From an uncultured virus (IMG/VR IMGVR_UViG_3300043449_002525) (lineage: Duplodnaviria > Heunggongvirae > Uroviricota > Caudoviricetes), in the IMG/VR virus record IMGVR_UViG_3300043449_002525: DNA of 64,000 nucleotides, one strand, 5' to 3'. The stretch's first letter is position 1; each line of letters starts with the position of its first letter. The position numbers were made by a program, and so were the translations under genes. Below the pieces are notes generated by a model. It ran no database searches and was not told where the DNA came from. It saw nothing but the letters and a program-made list of their open reading frames with translations. Of this stretch, positions 21,001 through 30,482 are shown piece by piece.

Positions 21001-21174
21001 TTTGGCGCACTTGATGACACCAATCTTGAAGCATGCTCGCGCCTGCTGCGGTCGCTGAAGAAGCACTTCAACCAGATCCTCATCATCTCACACGTAGATG
21101 CAATCAAGGATGCAGTTGACAACTTTGTTGAGATCAACTGGATCGACGGAGGCGCAAGTGTCAGATACTCCTGA
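18055..21174 (+). CDS. Fused Mre11/SbcD nuclease - Rad50/SbcC ATPase (gp47+gp46-like)
   Basis: Phosphoesterase motifs SDIH, GGDIVH, GNHD, FHG, GDIHK; Walker A GKNRAGKSS; long coiled coil; signature LGSGMEK; Walker B IFIIDEGFGALD; IISH. Start taken as ATG 18055 (MKAFHISDIH). Confidence 0.92.
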   Translation: MKAFHISDIHFRGLSRHDEYRKCFTRLFDIARKEKPDVFFVGGDIVHSKTQGITPELIDILTWCFETMAEIAPVHMILGNHDGLIHNKSRQDAITPIINALGNKRIYLYKKSGVYPTGLPGINWCVFSCFDEEGWDDVKPVKGEINIACFHGAVRGSSTDSDWKINGEVTASFFDEFDYTFLGDIHKRQNVTGNGVISYPGSFIQQDYGEDVIKGCLLWDIKSSVDYSCKFIHIINDSPFVTIGYRGDLDETYQMIDSAPTGARVRIGSDVPVPPTTLHLIESKLQAEKSPKEIVYKIADLDAGKSLAKTSGSPVTDLRQPSTIKELIRDFYSDSALPKDKFERVDAIVDRYMKSLDLGGDEDRNYSWSLDKLAFRNTFAFRGDNEIDFTKSSGITGIFGKNRAGKSSIIGSLVYCLFNTSDRGSLKNLHIINDKEDTCDAEADITVKGDKYKISRRTKKTVNKKGDVNVNTTLGITKLDTDMQLSDVSDEQRRETEKVLRQLIGTADDFFMTSLAAQGNLNKFFEEKSTARKQIIGKFLNLDIFDALYERSREDLVPLRASFRGRRDKQQIDAKITDAVKMLATEREKTSELDNAHSDLTRKLADLRVIINGDTSVEAAVKLRELEQRRDRLAEKHKEYTTQIEDASALRSKHTVRLEKFSALKEKFPIDELRQKVQSQRSLETKLEAANRELQQHLKSLGRLNEDVGILSTVPCGDEFPTCPFIKKAFESKSKIGQEQLEVEEQRKYIKQLQADINEIAEQNLDEKVKKYDVMLQEERTLQFDVSKLDMKIEHAEASLKTVNGDLATCNLEIDRLSAVVNDSDNLCGVYDSIKEVEEEIEKTRKFQLTNAKNVGAHETSITTLQSEKETLERDLADLEIFELFNVAMSKKGLPSRLISKLLPLVNAEIQNILLGVCNFTVELEVDEESNSLEVYINYGDKRRIIELGSGMEKMISAIATRVALINMSSLPKSNIFIIDEGFGALDDTNLEACSRLLRSLKKHFNQILIISHVDAIKDAVDNFVEINWIDGGASVRYS

Positions 21175-21400
21175 TGTCACTCCGTTATTCTGTCTTGTCT
21201 GTGAGACAGTGATGGTTGGGCAAGATGATGTTGACTACCACAGGCTGTTTCAGTGCTGCACGGAGTGTGGCATGAAGTGGGCCGAGACGAACCGCTCACA
21301 ATGGTTGATGGGATGGCGTCCTAACAGAGATGAAGTGGATGCTGAAATTATTAATAGAAGATCGCACATACTTAACGAAATAGATATACTAAGAGGATAG
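21158..21400 (+). CDS. Small zinc-finger protein
   Basis: CLVC...CCTEC; likely start GTG 21158 after GGAGG (21148-52), in frame with track ORF 21098..21400. Confidence 0.6.
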   Translation: MSDTPDVTPLFCLVCETVMVGQDDVDYHRLFQCCTECGMKWAETNRSQWLMGWRPNRDEVDAEIINRRSHILNEIDILRG

Positions 21401-21404
21401 TCGC

Positions 21405-21788
21405 ATGCTTTCAATGCAACAAGTAAATACACTCGGGCAGCTTATCGACACAACTTTCGGTAAAAGCTCAACAACAAATGCACCGACGGTGTCAATAAAG
21501 ATGACGCTCCAAGGCAACTCTCTCATCGTTAAGTACACAACGCTGGTTCACTTTGCTTCCGAGCAATCCATGAGAGAGCAGTCAAAAGAGCTGGAGCGCG
21601 CTGCAGTTCAGCTTACTAAGAAGTCGATTGATCAAGTTGAGAAAGATTTCAAGAGAATTGAAGGTAAGACACTCAATCTCAAGAAGAAGACGTCTGACAA
21701 CGGCATCGAGCTGATCAGCATGTCACCTTACAATCCACGTAAAGTTGCATACTATAGATTTAATACGACATATGAAATCGATGTATGA
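21405..21788 (+). CDS. Hypothetical protein upstream of terminase
   Basis: GAGGA SD; ATACTTA at 21368; ATGA overlap with terL. Confidence 0.6.
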   Translation: MLSMQQVNTLGQLIDTTFGKSSTTNAPTVSIKMTLQGNSLIVKYTTLVHFASEQSMREQSKELERAAVQLTKKSIDQVEKDFKRIEGKTLNLKKKTSDNGIELISMSPYNPRKVAYYRFNTTYEIDV

Positions 21789-23380
21789 ACACGAGCAACA
21801 AGTCAAGACAAGTATCTGAGATTATACGCTGTGGCAAAGATCCGGCGTATTTTTTCAATAACTACGTAAAGATCCAGCATCCAACTAAGGGAACGATCCC
21901 ATTTAAGACGTTCCCATTTCAAGATGACTGCGTCAATGACTTCATAGAAAATCGATTTACAGTCATTGTCAAGAGCAGGCAGCTTGGCTTGTCAACTCTT
22001 GTTGCTGCATATTCTGTTTGGCTTGCGCTCTTCCAGAAAGACAAGAACATCCTCATCATCGCAACTAAGCTGGGTGTTGCGCAGAACTTCATTAAGAAAG
22101 TGAAGACAATGGTGAGCAACCTTCCGCCGTGGATGGTGCTCCCGCAGATCACTCTCAACAACCGGCAGATGATCGAATTTAGTCATGGATCTTCGATCAA
22201 GGCTGTTCCCACATCAGAAGACGCAGGTCGTTCTGAGTCGTTGTCGCTGCTGATCATCGACGAGGCGGCATTCGTTAGAAACTTTGATGAGCTATGGACG
22301 GGCTTGTACCCCACGATCTCAACTGGAGGTCGTGCTATTGTACTTTCAACACCTAACGGTGTGGGTGGACAATACTACAAGCTTTTCACTGAGGCTGAGT
22401 CGGGCTTAAACGAATTTAAGGCCATCAGGCTGAACTGGGACGTTCATCCTGAACGTGATCAGGCGTGGTTCGAGAAAGAGACGAGAAATCTATCCGCTAA
22501 AGAGATCGCTCAGGAGTACTTGTGCGACTTCGCTGCGTCAGGTGAGACGTTCCTCAATGACGACGACATCAAGTGGATTAGCAAGATTATACGACCGCCA
22601 ATTGATCGCGGTGGGCCAGATAGAAATGTCTGGATCTGGAAACACGCGCTGTCAGAGCACAAGTACATCGTCTCTGCTGACGTTGCAAGAGGCGATGGGA
22701 AAGATTACTCAACTTTTCACGTCATTGACTGCACTGAAGGTGAAGTAGTCGCTGAGTACAAGGGTAAGATTGCACCAGATAAGTTTGGTGAACTCTTAAA
22801 TGAGTATGGTTTGCTGTACAATAAGGCGCTAATGTGCCCTGAGAATAACTCATTTGGATATGCAACCATAGTCAAGCTTAAAGATCTAGGCTACCCAAAG
22901 ATGTACTATAACAAGAACAAGTCTGTCTACATCGGCGACTATGTTCCACCTGCTGAGACAGAGCTGGCAGGTTTTACAACAAGCGGCAAGTCAAGAAACC
23001 AGATCCTCACCAAGCTCGAAGAGGTCATTAGAAATAAACAGCTTCTAATATACTCGTCTCGTTTCTATGAAGAGTTGAAGACATTTGTCTGGAATGAGAA
23101 CAAAGCACAGGCAATGAAGGGAGAGAACGACGATCTTATTCTCTCGCTCGCTATTGGAACTTGGCTCTATGATGCATCAAATGACTATGGCAAGGACTCA
23201 GATAAGTTAAACAATGCAATGCTTGCCGCGATGGGTTTTAAGAACAAGCAATTTAATGGTGCAGCAAACGACGTAATATCAAACAAGCACCAACAAGAGT
23301 CAAACCGAGATCGCGTGCTGCGCGGACACTCGCGGCCGATGGGGATACCTCCTGAGTTCGCGTGGGTGTATAAGAACTAG
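21785..23380 (+). CDS. terL: Terminase large subunit (T4 gp17-like)
   Basis: Walker A KSRQLGLST, Walker B LLIIDEAAF, STPNG, nuclease SADVARGDGKDYS and NDDLILS. Confidence 0.95.
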   Translation: MNTSNKSRQVSEIIRCGKDPAYFFNNYVKIQHPTKGTIPFKTFPFQDDCVNDFIENRFTVIVKSRQLGLSTLVAAYSVWLALFQKDKNILIIATKLGVAQNFIKKVKTMVSNLPPWMVLPQITLNNRQMIEFSHGSSIKAVPTSEDAGRSESLSLLIIDEAAFVRNFDELWTGLYPTISTGGRAIVLSTPNGVGGQYYKLFTEAESGLNEFKAIRLNWDVHPERDQAWFEKETRNLSAKEIAQEYLCDFAASGETFLNDDDIKWISKIIRPPIDRGGPDRNVWIWKHALSEHKYIVSADVARGDGKDYSTFHVIDCTEGEVVAEYKGKIAPDKFGELLNEYGLLYNKALMCPENNSFGYATIVKLKDLGYPKMYYNKNKSVYIGDYVPPAETELAGFTTSGKSRNQILTKLEEVIRNKQLLIYSSRFYEELKTFVWNENKAQAMKGENDDLILSLAIGTWLYDASNDYGKDSDKLNNAMLAAMGFKNKQFNGAANDVISNKHQQESNRDRVLRGHSRPMGIPPEFAWVYKN

Positions 23381-23388
23381 GAGAATAA

Positions 23389-25434
23389 ATGGCGCAAGAT
23401 AGTAACCTCTTTAATAGGCTCACTAAGCTCTTCAGGAGCGGCCCAGTCATTAAGAGAAGAGTGAGAGAAGTCACTCCTTCAACAAAGTCAACCTCAGCAT
23501 TTGAGCAGTTTAGAAAAGCACAGAGCTACGTCTACAGCTCGGCAATGAGTGCATACGGTTCTTACGACCGCATGGCAAGGTACTCTGACTTCCAAGAGAT
23601 GGAGTACACACCAGAGATTGCATCGGCACTTGACATCTACTCTGAGGAGACAATCTCACCCGATGAGAAGGGCAATGTCCTCCACATCCACTCAGAAAAT
23701 CCTGTCGTCCACAAGCTGCTTAATGAGCTCTTCTACGACACGCTCAATGTCAACTTCAACTTGACAGCTTGGGCACGCAACATGTGCAAGTACGGCGACT
23801 TCTTCCTCTTCAACGACGTTTCACCTGATCAAGGCGTCATCAACGTCTACCCAATTCCAGTCAATGAGATTGAGCGTGAAGAAGGGTATGATAAGGACGA
23901 CCCAATGGCCGTGCGCTTCCGATGGTTGACGCAGGGAAATCAAGTTCTTGAGAACTGGCAGGTGTCACACTTTAGAATTCTAGGTAATGACGCATTCCTA
24001 CCTTACGGCTCATCAGTTCTTGAAGCAGCACGTCGTATCTGGCGTCAGCTGATCCTCGTCGAGGACGCGATGCTTGTCTACCGCGTTGTCCGTGCACCAG
24101 ATCGTCGCGTATTCTACATTGACGTGGGTAACGTACCACCTGAAGACATCGCCAATTACATGGAGCAGGCTCAAGCACAGCTCAAGAAGAGCCAAGTTGT
24201 TGATAAGCAGACAGGGCGCGTCGACCTGAGATACAATCCACTGTCAGTAGACGAGGATTACTTCATTCCTGTACGCGGCGGTCAATCAGGTACAAAGATT
24301 GAGCCTCTCGCCGGCGGCGCAAATGCGGCAGCAATTGAGGATGTGCAGTACATCCAGAAGAAGATGTTTGCTGCGCTGAAGATCCCAAAGGCCTATCTCG
24401 GCTATGACGAGGGCTTAGGCGCAAAGGCGACACTGTCACAGGAAGACATCAGGTTTTCTCGCACAATTGCTCGCATCCAGCGCACAATCGTGTCCGAGCT
24501 CAATAAGATCGCCATCATCCACTTACACTCCAACGGATTTGACGGCCCCGACCTCCTTGACTTCGACCTTAAGCTGACAAATCCTTCAACGATTGCACAG
24601 CAGCAGAAGCTTGAGCTCTACAACACCAAGTTCCAGATTGCAGGATCTGCCAACGGCATTCCCAACCTTGTTGACAAGCGTTGGGTTCGCAAGAAGATCT
24701 TCCAGATGACTGATGAAGAGATCGACGCCATTGAGAAGGGTATCATCAAGGACAAGGAGATGGAGCTCAAGGTCGAAGCAGTCAAGCTGCCTGAGGACAA
24801 ATCTACAGCTCCTGACATGTCATCTATGGCAGCAGGTATTCCAACAAGCCCATTCGCATCTGAGCCTGAAGCACCCGCTTCAGAGCCAACGCCACCCGCC
24901 GGCGGTGAGGCACCTCCAGCAGCACCAACGGCACCTGGCCCTGAGACGGCTTCTTCAAACACAAACAAGCGCGGCTTAGGAATTCTAGCAGAGCCAGATT
25001 TTGACCTGTCTAACTTGTCAATCAACGATGAAAGTGCACCCATCAAGGCACAGAACACGGTTGACGCGATAGGACGCAAGCTGCTCGGTGAGAGGATCGA
25101 GGGAAAGACAAAGGCAGATCGTGATCGCTACAATGCAAAGAGGAAGCGCCGCGGACACCTGCACAACATGTCTGATCACAATGCAATGGTCAGTCACGAC
25201 AAGAGTGATCAAACTGACTCGATTGCACACCCATTTGGTGCAAAGAACGATCTAATCAATCCATTTAAGGATGTTCTTAAGGAGATTGATGACGACGTCG
25301 ACCCAGATGATGACTACACCTTCAACGATACAAGAATGTCAGAGATACACAGTGTTTTAGGTTCAATGCGACGTAAGAATATATTTAATAGGCAGATCTC
25401 TGCGTCTAGCAATACGACAGAGGAGGACGAATGA
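23389..25434 (+). CDS. Portal protein (T4 gp20-like) with long C-terminal extension
   Basis: PEIASALDIY, EDAMLVYRVVRAPDRRVFYIDVGN, EDYFIPVRGG, YIQKKMFAALKIPKAYL. Confidence 0.93.
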   Translation: MAQDSNLFNRLTKLFRSGPVIKRRVREVTPSTKSTSAFEQFRKAQSYVYSSAMSAYGSYDRMARYSDFQEMEYTPEIASALDIYSEETISPDEKGNVLHIHSENPVVHKLLNELFYDTLNVNFNLTAWARNMCKYGDFFLFNDVSPDQGVINVYPIPVNEIEREEGYDKDDPMAVRFRWLTQGNQVLENWQVSHFRILGNDAFLPYGSSVLEAARRIWRQLILVEDAMLVYRVVRAPDRRVFYIDVGNVPPEDIANYMEQAQAQLKKSQVVDKQTGRVDLRYNPLSVDEDYFIPVRGGQSGTKIEPLAGGANAAAIEDVQYIQKKMFAALKIPKAYLGYDEGLGAKATLSQEDIRFSRTIARIQRTIVSELNKIAIIHLHSNGFDGPDLLDFDLKLTNPSTIAQQQKLELYNTKFQIAGSANGIPNLVDKRWVRKKIFQMTDEEIDAIEKGIIKDKEMELKVEAVKLPEDKSTAPDMSSMAAGIPTSPFASEPEAPASEPTPPAGGEAPPAAPTAPGPETASSNTNKRGLGILAEPDFDLSNLSINDESAPIKAQNTVDAIGRKLLGERIEGKTKADRDRYNAKRKRRGHLHNMSDHNAMVSHDKSDQTDSIAHPFGAKNDLINPFKDVLKEIDDDVDPDDDYTFNDTRMSEIHSVLGSMRRKNIFNRQISASSNTTEEDE

Positions 25435-26294
25435 ACATCCAGCACAACAAGAAGCGAAATGTCGGTATCATCTATGAGCTGCTACTGCGCTCAGTATCAG
25501 CAGCAATAGTTGAGAACGATAAGACGAGAGCACAAAGAGCTCTTGACATCATTGAGAAGTACTATGATAAGTCAACTGAGCTCTACAAGGAATACAGGCT
25601 CTTCAACGCGCTTGTCAAGTCAACTGTGAGTGACACACCTGTAGCTGCTGCCGTCCTTGCTGAAGCCAAATCAGCAGCTCGCAGAGCAGATATGCGCAAA
25701 CTTGATCACGAGAAGTCGCTCCTGATCAGGGAGATCAACCACAACTTAAGAGATGACGATTTTTATCAGAGAAGAATACCTGACTATCGTTTCTACGCAA
25801 CTGTGCAAAATCTCCTGAACGAGTGGTGCGCAGGTGATCGCTCTGATCTAACGAAGATGGTGATGCTCGAGGGACAAGTTGTTCACTGGCTTCTCGCTGA
25901 GAAGAAAGAACTTCCTGTTGATCTCGATGCACCTACACCTGAAGTTGATAATCTTGTCGTCAAGCTCATGAACGAGAAGTTCAATGAGAAATATGCAGGC
26001 AAGCTCAATGTGGATCAGACAAAGCTGATCCAAGATTACATCTTCAGCATTGAGAACGGTCAGGAGGAGAAGTTCCTTGGTCGTCTCAATTCTCTCAGAG
26101 AGACAGCACTCACTAGAGTGCGCCAGCTAAAGACAGCAACTAAAAATCAAACTCTGCAAGAGAGGATACCCCTTGTGGAGACAGCTTTACGCAACTTAAA
26201 TTTCACATCACTCAATGATGAGACAATCTCACGCTTTATGACAGTGTCTCAATTAGTGACAGAACTGAGCGAGGAGGAAGACGATGGCCAGTGA
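25431..26294 (+). CDS. Hypothetical head-module protein
   Basis: Between portal and protease; GAGGA SD; ATATTTA at 25381; helical composition. Confidence 0.65.
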   Translation: MNIQHNKKRNVGIIYELLLRSVSAAIVENDKTRAQRALDIIEKYYDKSTELYKEYRLFNALVKSTVSDTPVAAAVLAEAKSAARRADMRKLDHEKSLLIREINHNLRDDDFYQRRIPDYRFYATVQNLLNEWCAGDRSDLTKMVMLEGQVVHWLLAEKKELPVDLDAPTPEVDNLVVKLMNEKFNEKYAGKLNVDQTKLIQDYIFSIENGQEEKFLGRLNSLRETALTRVRQLKTATKNQTLQERIPLVETALRNLNFTSLNDETISRFMTVSQLVTELSEEEDDGQ

Positions 26295-26895
26295 TAACAT
26301 GGTTCTTTTAAAGGAGTGGTTGCCACTTAAGTACTCACCTGACATTGTTCGTGAGTCAAAGCAGCTTAACGGTGGCAAGGTAATGCTCCGTGGTGTCATC
26401 CAGCGTGCTGACACGTTGAACCAGAATGGTCGTATTTATCCACGTGCAATCCTTGAGCGTGAGATTGATAACTACCAGAAGTTCATTCGTGAGAATAGAG
26501 CGCTTGGTGAGTGCGATCATCCTGACACGTCTGTCGTAGAATTGAAGAATGTGTCACACATTGTGCGCGAAGCCAAGATGGACGGCGACACTGTGACGGG
26601 CGTTGTGGAGCTACTTGACACACCTAGCGGTAAGATCCTCCAGAGCCTCGTTGAGGCAGGTATCACACTGGGCATCTCATCTAGAGGTGTTGGATCAACA
26701 CGTAATCAAAGCGGTGCTGTTGTAGTTCAAGATGACTTCCAGCTGATCTGCTTCGACATCGTCTCAGAGCCTTCAACACCGGGCGCATTCATGATGAATG
26801 AGAGCAAGGTGATATCAGGCAGAGAGTTGAAGAAAACTTTTACGAAATCCGACAGAGTTAATAGGATCTTCACAGACATCTTAGCATGGAAGTAG
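26284..26895 (+). CDS. Prohead core protease (T4 gp21-like)
   Basis: NQNGRIYP, ALGECDHP, VSHIV, LGISSRGVGS, FDIVSEPSTPGA. Confidence 0.93.
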   Translation: MASDNMVLLKEWLPLKYSPDIVRESKQLNGGKVMLRGVIQRADTLNQNGRIYPRAILEREIDNYQKFIRENRALGECDHPDTSVVELKNVSHIVREAKMDGDTVTGVVELLDTPSGKILQSLVEAGITLGISSRGVGSTRNQSGAVVVQDDFQLICFDIVSEPSTPGAFMMNESKVISGRELKKTFTKSDRVNRIFTDILAWK

Positions 26896-26896
26896 T

Positions 26897-27421
26897 ATGA
26901 AGTTATCCAAAGAAGATCTGAAGAGCATCGTAAAGGAGTGTCTCGTAGAGATACTAAGTGAGGGCCTCGGTGGCGGTGGCAGCCTTGTTGAAAGCCGTCA
27001 AGTTCAACGTCAAGCGCCAGCTGCTCAAGCACCTGCACGCAATTTAAGCGGCAGAGCAGGAGCAGCACCGCAGCAACAACCGCGGCAGTCTGTCTATGAC
27101 AAGCTTGCATTTGCACCCACACGTGAGCAAGTGCAGAGAGCTGCACCCGCTGCCAAGAAGATCAACCCACTCAGCATGGTCAAAGACATTACGTCTGATC
27201 CCATCATGGCGGGCATCCTGGCAGAAACTGCTTCGTCAGGTCAGCACATGCATATGGGCGAGAGTAATAATAGAAACGCACAACCTTCACATGAAGAGCA
27301 AGTGATGTCAGCAGGTGACGCTGCAGCAAGAAAGATGATGATGTCAGATCCTACTGACTTATTTGGTGAGAGCGCGTCAATGTGGTCAGCATTGGCATTC
27401 TCAGAGAAAATAAGAAAGTAG
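26897..27421 (+). CDS. Hypothetical head-module protein
   Basis: MKLSKEDLKSIVKECLVEILSE N-terminus; 1 nt after protease stop. Confidence 0.6.
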   Translation: MKLSKEDLKSIVKECLVEILSEGLGGGGSLVESRQVQRQAPAAQAPARNLSGRAGAAPQQQPRQSVYDKLAFAPTREQVQRAAPAAKKINPLSMVKDITSDPIMAGILAETASSGQHMHMGESNNRNAQPSHEEQVMSAGDAAARKMMMSDPTDLFGESASMWSALAFSEKIRK

Positions 27422-27471
27422 TAAATTTGCAAAGTTCGTGATAATTAATTTATGTTCCATAGGAGTTTACA

Positions 27472-27765
27472 ATGAAGAAGCTTACACCCCAGATGCTTAG
27501 AAGAATGGTCCTCGAGGAGAAGAAGAAGGTCGAGGCTGCTCACGCTAAGGAGAATGCAAAGGCCCGTAAGGCCTACCACCTCGATGAGACCGAGGAGCAG
27601 TGGGCAGACGCAGATGTTCCAGCAGCCAAGGAGTACAAGCCTGGCTCTAAGGACATGGAAGCAGCTAAGATGCTCAAGGAGGAGGAAGTTCGCCTCCGCC
27701 GCCGTCTCCAGGCCGTCATGGAGCGCCGTCTTGCTCTCAAGCGTCGTATCATGGAGAGCCTCTAA
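27472..27765 (+). CDS. Small charged head-module protein
   Basis: AGGAG SD, ATAATTA at 27441, strongly biased codons; MKKLTPQMLRRMVLEE. Confidence 0.65.
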   Translation: MKKLTPQMLRRMVLEEKKKVEAAHAKENAKARKAYHLDETEEQWADADVPAAKEYKPGSKDMEAAKMLKEEEVRLRRRLQAVMERRLALKRRIMESL

Positions 27766-27808
27766 TCTCTCTGTTAAGTTTGTGATCCACTAAGGAGGGA
27801 GAGACAAG

Positions 27809-28390
27809 ATGGCAGTTAACTATACAACAGTTGTGTCGCCAGATGATGGCGCAAAGACAGGTGGCCTTGGAAATCGTAACCAGGTCAACCTGAAGTCGTG
27901 CTTTCCCTCTTCACCCATCTACAGCAATGTGTACACACCCACTGCTGCTGAGAATGCAGGTATCTCTGCATTGAATGGCAACGGTGGGCCCGGTGATAGC
28001 ATACCCAGCATCGGTATTGCTGACGGTGTGCTTGATGACGGTGGGTACATGTTCAACCAGGTTGACTTGCGTTTTGCTGGCCGTAGATCATCAGGTGTAG
28101 ATGATGCTTACGCTGCTCCTAATCTCTCTGAGGTTGTGACAGGTGGCGAAGGCCTCCCAGCATCACCTTACATTCCCAATCTTACGTCGCCTGGCGAAGG
28201 TAACGGGACCGATCCGTTTGCACAGTCAGAGTTCACAGGCGATCTACCTTACGGTGGTGATCCTGGACAGGCAGCAGCAACGCAGTTCGGTCGTGGCGAA
28301 GGTGTAGCAGCCAATCCTGTGACTGCTACGGCAGAAGTTGCACGAGCCACAATCGGCAAGTTCATGCTGGGAACTTCTAAGATTACTTGA
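27809..28390 (+). CDS. Hypothetical Gly/Pro-rich virion protein
   Basis: Strong SD AAGGAGG; head-module context. Confidence 0.6.
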   Translation: MAVNYTTVVSPDDGAKTGGLGNRNQVNLKSCFPSSPIYSNVYTPTAAENAGISALNGNGGPGDSIPSIGIADGVLDDGGYMFNQVDLRFAGRRSSGVDDAYAAPNLSEVVTGGEGLPASPYIPNLTSPGEGNGTDPFAQSEFTGDLPYGGDPGQAAATQFGRGEGVAANPVTATAEVARATIGKFMLGTSKIT

Positions 28391-28953
28391 GCATGAGAGA
28401 CGCACCTCCGACTACGCATCGCTTTTGGTTTAAAGGCGATGCAAATGCAGGTGCAGGATACGGTACACTAAAGAAAAAGTTCTCCGGTGGCGATTATACC
28501 ACTGTGGGAACTTTTCCTTATATCGAAGACGATGACACGTTTGAAGATGAAGATCTTGACGATCTAATGCACACGCAAGATTTCATCAACAAGACAGGCT
28601 ACACAGGTGTTGCTAAGCCTAGAGCACACATTAGAAAGGATAATGCATCTTTCACAAAGATGCGGTGGAGCACACCGCTTGAAGAAGCGTCGATCATGAA
28701 AGGCATCACACCCTTTCCTGCGTCAATGCTCTATAAGAACTTCACAGGTCCTGCCGTGGGTGGTGCATCTACCAATCAATCTTTTACAAATGCTCCTGGG
28801 CGTCTTATAGGTAATCAGTACGGTTCAACACGCGCAAGCCCACTTGCTGATGACGAACTTATCACAATCGACAGATTAAATGATCTTATGGATCCAGACA
28901 CCCGCAATCTTGTTAAGCAGCGCTTAAAAATAAAGATATTGCAGGATGTTTGA
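28387..28953 (+). CDS. Hypothetical head-module protein (start TTG 28387 or ATG 28393)
   Basis: Fills the gap between 27809 gene and scaffold; overlaps upstream stop. Confidence 0.55.
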   Translation: MSMRDAPPTTHRFWFKGDANAGAGYGTLKKKFSGGDYTTVGTFPYIEDDDTFEDEDLDDLMHTQDFINKTGYTGVAKPRAHIRKDNASFTKMRWSTPLEEASIMKGITPFPASMLYKNFTGPAVGGASTNQSFTNAPGRLIGNQYGSTRASPLADDELITIDRLNDLMDPDTRNLVKQRLKIKILQDV

Positions 28954-28992
28954 CAAAGAACCTAATATGTATTGAAAGCAGGGAAACAGTTA

Positions 28993-30453
28993 ATGTCAAA
29001 GACACTATATGATGAAGCAATCGCCGATGCTAAGCGACTTCGCGAAGTTGCTGAGCTGAATGCCAAGAATGCAATCGTAGAAGCAGTCACGCCGCGCATT
29101 AGAGAGTTCATCGACAGCCAGCTCGTAGGCGACCCAACAAAGGCCGTCACAGCTGAGAAGTTTCTTGTTGATGCTCTGAACGAAGGTGCAACGGATGACA
29201 GCGGAGAGGACGATGTCGTCCTTGACGAAGCTGCTCTTAAGTCACTTGTCTCGCTATTCACACCTAAGCAGACGACGCAAGCAAAGGACAGCTTCCAGGA
29301 AGCATTTGACCAGCTTAGCGAAGATGAAAAGAAGAAACTTTTGAACCTGATCAGCGAAGAGAAAACTGACGCCGATCTGGACGAGAATGAAGAAGAAAGC
29401 GCACCAGCGCAGGAGAAGAAAATGGACGAATCACTCTATGAGATTGATCTGAATGAGCTCAAGAAGGAGCTTGCTGCAGTTGCTTCTCCTGGTAAGCCCG
29501 CAGCTGGTGTTAAGCCTTCAAAGGCACCAATGCCTGCTAGAGCAGGCGGCATGAAGAAGTCACCTGCACCCGCCATGGAAGACATGTTCGAGCTTGATGA
29601 AGAGCTATACGAGATGGACATGGAAGGCGACCTTGATGAGGAATATATGGACGAGCTCAATGAGGCCAAGCTTGAGGTTGACCTCGGTGATCTCGAGCTC
29701 CCAGAAGATTTCATGCCCTCCGTTCGGGTTGTCCCCGAGGAAGAGGAAGAGGACATGCTCGCAGCTGATGACAGCGACATGGGTGACATGGTTCCCGATG
29801 CCGAAGAAGCACCTGCTGATGAGGCTCCTCCCGCTCCCGTCGCTGAGACATTCTACGTCGACGAGAATATGCTCCGTCGTGAGCTCTTCCGCCTCCGCGA
29901 GGCTCGCAAGCAGAAGGAGGACAAGCTCCTCAACAAGAAGAGCCTCAAGAGCGCTTCACACGTCAAGGCAGCTGCTAAGGCATTCGGCGACGGTGAGCTC
30001 GAGGAAGTCGATGAGGTTGAGATCAACGCTCTCGACAACGCCAAGAAGCACAAGCTTAAGAAATTGAAAGAGGCACGCGATAATCGTGCTCTCGTAACCC
30101 AGCTCAATGAATACAGAAGCGCTGTTGAAACGCTTCGTGAGCAAATGACTGATATGAACCTCTTCAACGCGAAGCTGCTCTACGTCAACAAGATGCTGCA
30201 GTCAAAGGATTTGACACCTAAGCAACAGAAGGTCGTCATTGAGGCCATCGACGGCGCTAAGACACTACGCGAAGTGAAGATGCTCTTCAAGAGCCTGACT
30301 GAGTCACTGACTGGCGGCAATGGTGCCACACTCAATGAGTCAGCAACCAGGTTCAACGCCGGGGGTTCTTCCCGCGCGACCTCATCAGCTGCCGCCCGCA
30401 CAGGCGAGACAGCAGAAGTCGACCGCTGGGCGACGCTCGCCGGTCTCAAGTAA
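28993..30453 (+). CDS. Prohead scaffolding/core protein (T4 gp22-like)
   Basis: Very acidic, coiled-coil protein directly before MCP; MNLFNAKLLYVNK, REVKMLFKSL, RWATLAGL; many LxE sites. Start taken as ATG 28993. Confidence 0.8.
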   Translation: MSKTLYDEAIADAKRLREVAELNAKNAIVEAVTPRIREFIDSQLVGDPTKAVTAEKFLVDALNEGATDDSGEDDVVLDEAALKSLVSLFTPKQTTQAKDSFQEAFDQLSEDEKKKLLNLISEEKTDADLDENEEESAPAQEKKMDESLYEIDLNELKKELAAVASPGKPAAGVKPSKAPMPARAGGMKKSPAPAMEDMFELDEELYEMDMEGDLDEEYMDELNEAKLEVDLGDLELPEDFMPSVRVVPEEEEEDMLAADDSDMGDMVPDAEEAPADEAPPAPVAETFYVDENMLRRELFRLREARKQKEDKLLNKKSLKSASHVKAAAKAFGDGELEEVDEVEINALDNAKKHKLKKLKEARDNRALVTQLNEYRSAVETLREQMTDMNLFNAKLLYVNKMLQSKDLTPKQQKVVIEAIDGAKTLREVKMLFKSLTESLTGGNGATLNESATRFNAGGSSRATSSAAARTGETAEVDRWATLAGLK

Positions 30454-30482
30454 TTTGTTAAGTATTCAAGGAGTTTAATAAC

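Noticed and set aside
21405..21788. Terminase small subunit
   Set aside because: Only position supports it; no recognisable TerS features, so left hypothetical.
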